From: Squalus acanthias | Lineage: Eukaryota | Assembly (NCBI GenBank): GCA_030390025.1 | Contig: JASTWF010000080.1 | Location: 62,001-126,000, forward strand | Direction of reading: 5' to 3' | DNA: 64,000 nt | Part shown: one piece after another, positions 58,278-64,000 of the stretch | Layout: each line of letters begins with the position of its first letter | Numbering within the stretch: position 1 is the stretch's first letter | Translations under genes and position numbers: made by a program | Notes under the pieces: model-generated | The model's database searches: none | Told to the model about the DNA's origin: nothing | Seen by the model: the letters and a program-made list of their open reading frames with translations, nothing else

Positions 58278-61200
58278 TCACAAAGGAGCCGGCACAGAGA
58301 CATCAGAAGCTGAGAAAATAAAACAGAATGTGAGAAATGGGAATAAAATATATAAATAGAGAATGTGAGATATTCTACATCACTGACTGGGCCCAGGTGC
58401 CAATCACCTCCCAGCAATAACTAAACAGACTCACATGATAAATGTGCACAGAGACAAGGGACTGGAGGGCGAGGGACTGGAGGGGCAGGGGCTGGAGGGC
58501 GAGGGACAGGAGGGGCAGGGGCTGGAGGGTGAGGGACTGGAGGGTGAGGGACAGGAGAGCGAGGGGCAGGGCCTGGAGGGCGAGGGACTGGAGGGCGAGG
58601 GACTGGAGGGGGAGGGACTGGAGGGGGAGGGACTGGAGGGCGAAGGGCTGGAGGGCGAAGGGCTGGAGGGCGAAGGGCTGGAGGGCGAAGGGCTGGACGG
58701 CGAGGGACAGGAGGGTGAGGGACAGGAGAGCGAGGGACTGGAGGGGGAGGGACAGGAGGGCGAGGGACAGGAGGGGCAGGGGCTGGAGGGCGAGGCACTG
58801 GAGGGTGAGGGACAGGAGGGCGAGGGACAGGAGGGCGAGGGACTGGATGGGGAGGGACTGGAGGGGGAGGGGCAGGAGGGGCTGGAGGGCGAGGGTCTGG
58901 AGAGGGAGGGGCTGGAGGGCGAGGGACTGGAGGGCGAGGGGCTGGAGGGCGAGGGGCTGGAGGGCGAGGGACTGAACGGCGAGGGACTGGAGGGTGGAGG
59001 ACTGGAGGGCGAGTGGCTGGAGGGCGAGTGACTGGAGGGCGAGGGACTGGAGGGCGAGAGGCTGGAGGGCGAAAGGCTGGAGGGCGAGGGACTGGAGGGC
59101 GAGAGGCTGGAGGGCGAGAGGCTGGAGGGCGAGGGACTGGAGGAGAGGGGCTGGAGGGCGAGGGGCTGGAGGGCGAGGGGCTGGAGGGCGAGGGACAGGA
59201 TGGCGAGGGTCTGGTGTGAGGATCGGAGAGTGTAATAAATGTCAGTTAGAATGGGGATAACCCATTATCAGAGTGTGAGCACACACCTAGTGTGAGGATC
59301 GGAGAGTGTGTACTCACTCTGTCCCTCAGTTCTACATTCCTCTCTCTCACTCTCCCCTCTCAGTGCCCTGTGCTCCCAGTACTGGAGATTCCCTACACTC
59401 ACTCTGTCCCTCAGTTCTACATTCCTCTCTCACTCTCTCCTCTCAGTGCCCTGTGCTCCCAGTGCTGGAGATTCCCCACACTCGCTCTGTCCCTCAGTTC
59501 TACATTCCTCTCTCTCACTCTCTCCTCTCAGTGCCCTGTGCTCCCAGTACTGGAGATTCCCCACACTCACTCTGTCCTTCAGTTCTACATTCCTCTCTCT
59601 CACTCTCTCCTCTCAGTGCCCTGTGCTCCCAGTACTGGAAATTCCCCACACTCACTCTGTCCCTCAGTTCTACATTCCCCTCTCTCTGATTCTTACCTCT
59701 CCGTTGTTTTATCCAGATGAATATTCCAATTATCCCGATTATAACCAGTGCAGCGACTGATCCAATTATAATTCCAGGATGGGTACGTGCACCACTGTTT
59801 TCCGGTATTTCTGAAACACATTTGAATAATATCAGGGTAGTCTGTCTTTTCCCGGATCCATTCCCAGTTCGGTGTCAACGGAGGGATAATTTTAACCTCA
59901 CCCGCCCGTCGGGAATCTGAGGGATCGGGTCCAACGCTGGTTTTACTCTCGCCTGATCTCACTCTCCATTGGAGTCAATAAAGAGTCTCATTGATGGTGG
60001 TGTTGAACCGGCGTTGCCCCGATCCCCGGGTTACCTGCCCGGCGAGCTCGGTTCAATTTACCCCCCATGTCTCTGTGTCCTGTCCTGGGTCCATCCCCAG
60101 GGTCACATTGTACGCCCCAGGAGTCAGCATCACTGATGGATTTCACATCAAACTTCAAAGGGATGGGGAATAAATTGACTGCAGCAAACTGGGCTGAGCT
60201 GGTAATGAGTAAAGCTACAGATAAACAGTGGGGTAGCTTCAAAAAAAGTACCGGGTACAATCCAACACCAGGACTTTCCCCGACAATGCAAAGACTCCAC
60301 TTCTGTAGTTAGGCAACCATGGTCGACAAATGAAAGAAGTGAGAGTATCCAGGTAAAGGGAAAGGCTGACACAGTGACCAGAGATTGAGATACAGAGCAC
60401 TTAGACAAGTATCGGCTGATCAGAGAGTCAGCATGGATTTGTGAAGGGTAGGTCCTGTCTGACGAATCTAATTGAATTTCATGAGGAGGTCACTAACATG
60501 GTGGATAAGGCAGTGTCGGTGGATGTTGTGTATATGGACTTCCAGAAGGCATTTGATAAGGTTCCTCACGAGAGATTATTAGCAGAAATAAAAGCTTACA
60601 GAATTGGAGCTAATCTTGTGACACGGGTTGAAAATTGGTTGGGAGGAAGGAGTCAGAGAATCGGGATAAAGGGAATGTGCTCCGATTGGCAGGATGTTCC
60701 GAGTGGTGTTCCCCAGGGATCTGTACTGAGGCCTCAGCTTTTCACCATATATATCAATGATTTGGATGAAGTTTCACATTCTCACCACTCTCTGGGTAAA
60801 GAAGTTTCTTCTGAATTCCCTATTGGATTTCTTGGTGACTATCTTATATTGATGGCCTCTATGCTCTTCCCCACAAGTGGAAACATTCTCTCTGTATCCA
60901 CTCAATCAAATCCGGTCATAATTTTATAGACTCTATTAGGTCACCCCTCAGCCTTCTTTTTTCAAGTGAAAAGAGACCCAGCCTGTTCATCTTTTCCTGA
61001 TATGTATAGCCTCGCATTTCTGGTATCATCCTTGTAAATCTTCTCTGCACCCTCTCCAGGCCTCTATATCCTTTTTATAATATGGCGACCAGAACTGTAC
61101 GCAGTACTCCAAGTGTGGTCTAACCAAGGATTGATGAAGGTTTAGCATAACTTCACTACTTTTCCATTCTATCCCTCTAGAAATAAACCCTAGCGCTTGA

Positions 61201-62540
61201 TTTGCTTTTTTTATGGCCTTGTTACCTGTGGCGCAACTTTTAGTGATTTGTGTATTTGTACTCCAAGATCCCTTTGTTCCTCTAACCCACCTCTGGCGTA
61301 CTACATTCAGTTCTGGGCACCAAACCTCACGTAAGATATATTGGCCTTGGAGGGGGTACAGAGCAGATTCACCAGAATGATACCAGCTCAGAGGGTTACA
61401 TTTTGAGGACAAAGTTGGCTTGTATTGCGCTGAGCGTAGAAGGATGAAGGGTGATCACATTGAGGTGTTTAAAATGATAAAGGGATTGGATAGGGTAGAT
61501 ACAGAGAAACTATTTTCACTGGTGGTGAATCCGGAACAAAAGAGCATAATCTTAAAATTAGAGCCAGGACATTTAGGAGTGAAATCAGAAAGCACTTCTT
61601 CACACAAAGGGCAGTGGAAATCTGGAACTCTCTCCCCCAAAAGTCTGTGGGTTCAACTGAAATTTTTATGACTGAGATCGAGTGATTTTTGTTGGGTAAG
61701 GGTATCAAGGGATGTAGAGCAATGACGGGTAAATGGAGTTGAGGTACTGAACAGTCATGATCTCATTGAATGGTGGAACAGACTCAAGGGGCCGAATGTC
61801 CTACTCCTGTTCCTATGATCCATACATGCTCACAGAGACACACGCACACATCCAGTGCAGTTCCTTACCCCACCGATAGACCTCTGCCTCTGCCAGGCTG
61901 CTGTGTTCAATTTGACAGGAGTATTGATCCTCATCCCCAGCATTCACTTCAATCTCGTTCTTGATCTGATGGGTCCCATTGTGGTTCGGTCGAACCCCCG
62001 AGGAGTGGCTCTCAGACATTGGCTCTCCATTCCTTAGCCAGGTCACCTCGATGTCTACAGGGTAAAATCCAGTAACCAGGCAGGAGAGAGTGGGCGGTTT
62101 GTCCTGACTATTGGGGTCACTTCTGGAGATGAACACTTCGGGCTGAACTGAAAGGGGAAAGGGAGAAAACACAAACAGTAGACAGACACCGAATGGAATG
62201 GGAGAACGGTTTCATAGATCTGTGAAGTTAGATCAGAACATGGGATAAAAACTGAAATCAATACCTTTCCTTTCAAAATATTCCTTTCCAGCTCGCAAAT
62301 ATAATGTTAAATCATTAACAAATCCTTGTTCTAGATGTGCTTTCCAATACTTGTTCCAGGATTCATCCGAATTCCATTTCTCCATTGTCTTCACTGAATT
62401 GTGATTGGTTGCGACCCATCTCATTCTGTCTGGCTCTAAACTAAGATAGTCCTTTCCGTCATATCCAACACGCATCGATCTCTTAATGGAGCCGTCGTCA
62501 GTTATTTCAACAATTGAAATCCATTGAAAAATGTGAAGTC
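58278..62540 (-). CDS. Nonclassical MHC class I heavy chain, gene 3 (partial; alpha1 and leader beyond the window)
   Basis: Exons: alpha2 62265-62540, alpha3 61869-62147, TM 59697-59810, putative cytoplasmic exon 58278-58309; open frames, GT-AG boundaries. Confidence 0.88.
60150..61820 (+). mobile_element. CR1 remnant in the gene 3 alpha3-TM intron, with an opposite-strand CR1 fragment at 60771-61290
   Basis: [11 protein letters not shown]...SGVPQGSVL; the minus-strand piece reads [23 protein letters not shown]. Confidence 0.82.
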
Positions 62541-63118
62541 CTATCAATGACCAAACAGGGATCAATAATCAATAGTTAATGGAAAATCACAAATCAGTCT
62601 GATCAGAGGGGAAAGGGACTGTAGAATCAGGGGGAAATGGGGGGATAGAGTCACAGTCGGATCAGAGGGGAAAGGGGCTGTAGAATCAGGGGGAAATGGG
62701 GGGTTAGAGTCACAGTCTGATCAGAGGGGAAAGGGACTGTAGAATCAGATAGAAATGGAGGGTTAGAGTCACAGACTGATCAGAGGGGAAAGGGACTGTA
62801 GAATCAGATAGAAATGGAGGGTTAAAGTCACAGACTGATCAGAGAGGAAAGGGGCTGTAGAATCGGTAGAAATATCAGAAGGGTTCCCAGTGGAAGCTGA
62901 TTATTGGACTTTTTTAAGTGAATTCAGAGACCAGCCTGAACCTTCCTATTAATGGGCAGAAGTTTAACGGAATGATTAATGGGAAATTGGGCAGAGATCC
63001 ATTATGTTACCCAACCAAGAGGGTTAAATCCCACTAGTGTAAGCAAAGGAGTAAATTCCCAGCACGGTAACAACATGAGTTAATTCCCAACACACTAACG
63101 GAAGGGGTTACTTCACAG

Positions 63119-64000
63119 AATGGAGTGTCCCAGGGGTCAGTGCTGGGAGATGGACTGAGTGGAGTGTCCCAGGGATCAGTGCTGAGAGATGGGCAGAGTG
63201 CAGTGTCCCAGGGATCAGTGCTGGGAGATGGACTGAGTGGAGTGTCCCAGGGATCAGTGCTGGGAGATGGACTGAGTGGAGAGTCCCAGGGATCAGTGCT
63301 GGGAGATGGACTGAGTGGAGTGTCCCAGGGATCAGTGCTGGGAGATGGGCTGAGTGGAGTGTCCCAGGGGTCAGTGCTGGGGGCTGAGTGGAGTGTCCCA
63401 GGGATCAGTGCTGGGAGATGGACTGAGTGGAGTGTCCCAGGGATCAGTGCTGGGAGATGGACTGAGTGGAGTGTCCCAGGGATCAGTGCTGGGAGATGGA
63501 CTGCGTGGAGTGTCCCAGGGGTCAGTGCTGGGAGATGGGCTGAGTGGAGTTTCTCAGGGATCAATGCTGGGAGATGGACTGAGTGATGTGTTCCAGGGAT
63601 CAGTGCTGGGAGATGGACTGTGTGATGTGTCCCAGGGATCAGTGCTGGGAGATGGGCTGAGTGGAGTGTCCCAGGGGTCAGTGCTGGGAGATGGACTGAG
63701 TGCAGTGTCCCAGGGATCAGTGCTGGGAGATGGACTGAGTGGAGTGTCCCAGGGATCAGTGCTGGGGGCTGAGTGGAGTGTCCCAGGGATTAGTGCTGGG
63801 AGATGGGCTGAGTGGAGTGTCCCAGGGATCAGTGCTGGGAGATCGACTGAGTGGAGTGTCCCAGGGATCAGTGCTAGGGGCTGAGTGGAGTGTCCCAGGG
63901 GTCAGTGCTGGGGGCTGAGTGGAGTGTCCCAGGGATCAGTGCTGGGAGATGGGCTGAGTGGAGTGTCCCAGGGATCAGTGCTGGGAGATGGGCTGAGTGG
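63119..64000. repeat. 39-bp satellite array in intron 2 of gene 3 (runs off the window)
   Basis: Same unit as 11439-23918. Confidence 0.96.

Noticed and set aside
58421-59260. GLEGE-rich or proline-rich collagen/extensin-like ORFs (also 38003-38485)
   Set aside because: 15-bp intronic minisatellite with variable length and frame between paralogs; no supporting splice sites identified.

Overview
Vertebrate genomic DNA, most likely a cartilaginous fish (shark): shark-type MHC class I exons, CR1, Penelope and Harbinger repeats. The window holds a head-to-tail array of an ~20-kb unit, each carrying a divergent nonclassical MHC class I heavy-chain gene on the minus strand. Gene 1 spans 8317-28803 and gene 2 spans 37860-48854 (complete). 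Gene 3 starts at 58278 and its alpha1 and leader exons lie beyond the window. All three alpha2 domains lack both canonical cysteines, and paralog differences cluster in the groove helices. Each unit junction is an endogenous retrovirus-like element with a tRNA-Leu PBS, two unrelated LTRs and no TSD, which suggests a recombinant provirus that created the duplication. Unit 1 also carries an internally deleted foamy-virus-like provirus (1178-7627) with two LTRs, a Lys1,2-like PBS, PPT, 4-bp TSD and foamy-type RNase H/integrase. Nested in it are a Penelope fragment with a minimal hammerhead ribozyme and a TIR element. Intron 2 of gene 1 contains a 12.5-kb array of a 39-bp satellite apparently derived from the CR1 RT '[10 protein letters not shown]' motif. 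All comparisons are by eye; no searches were run.
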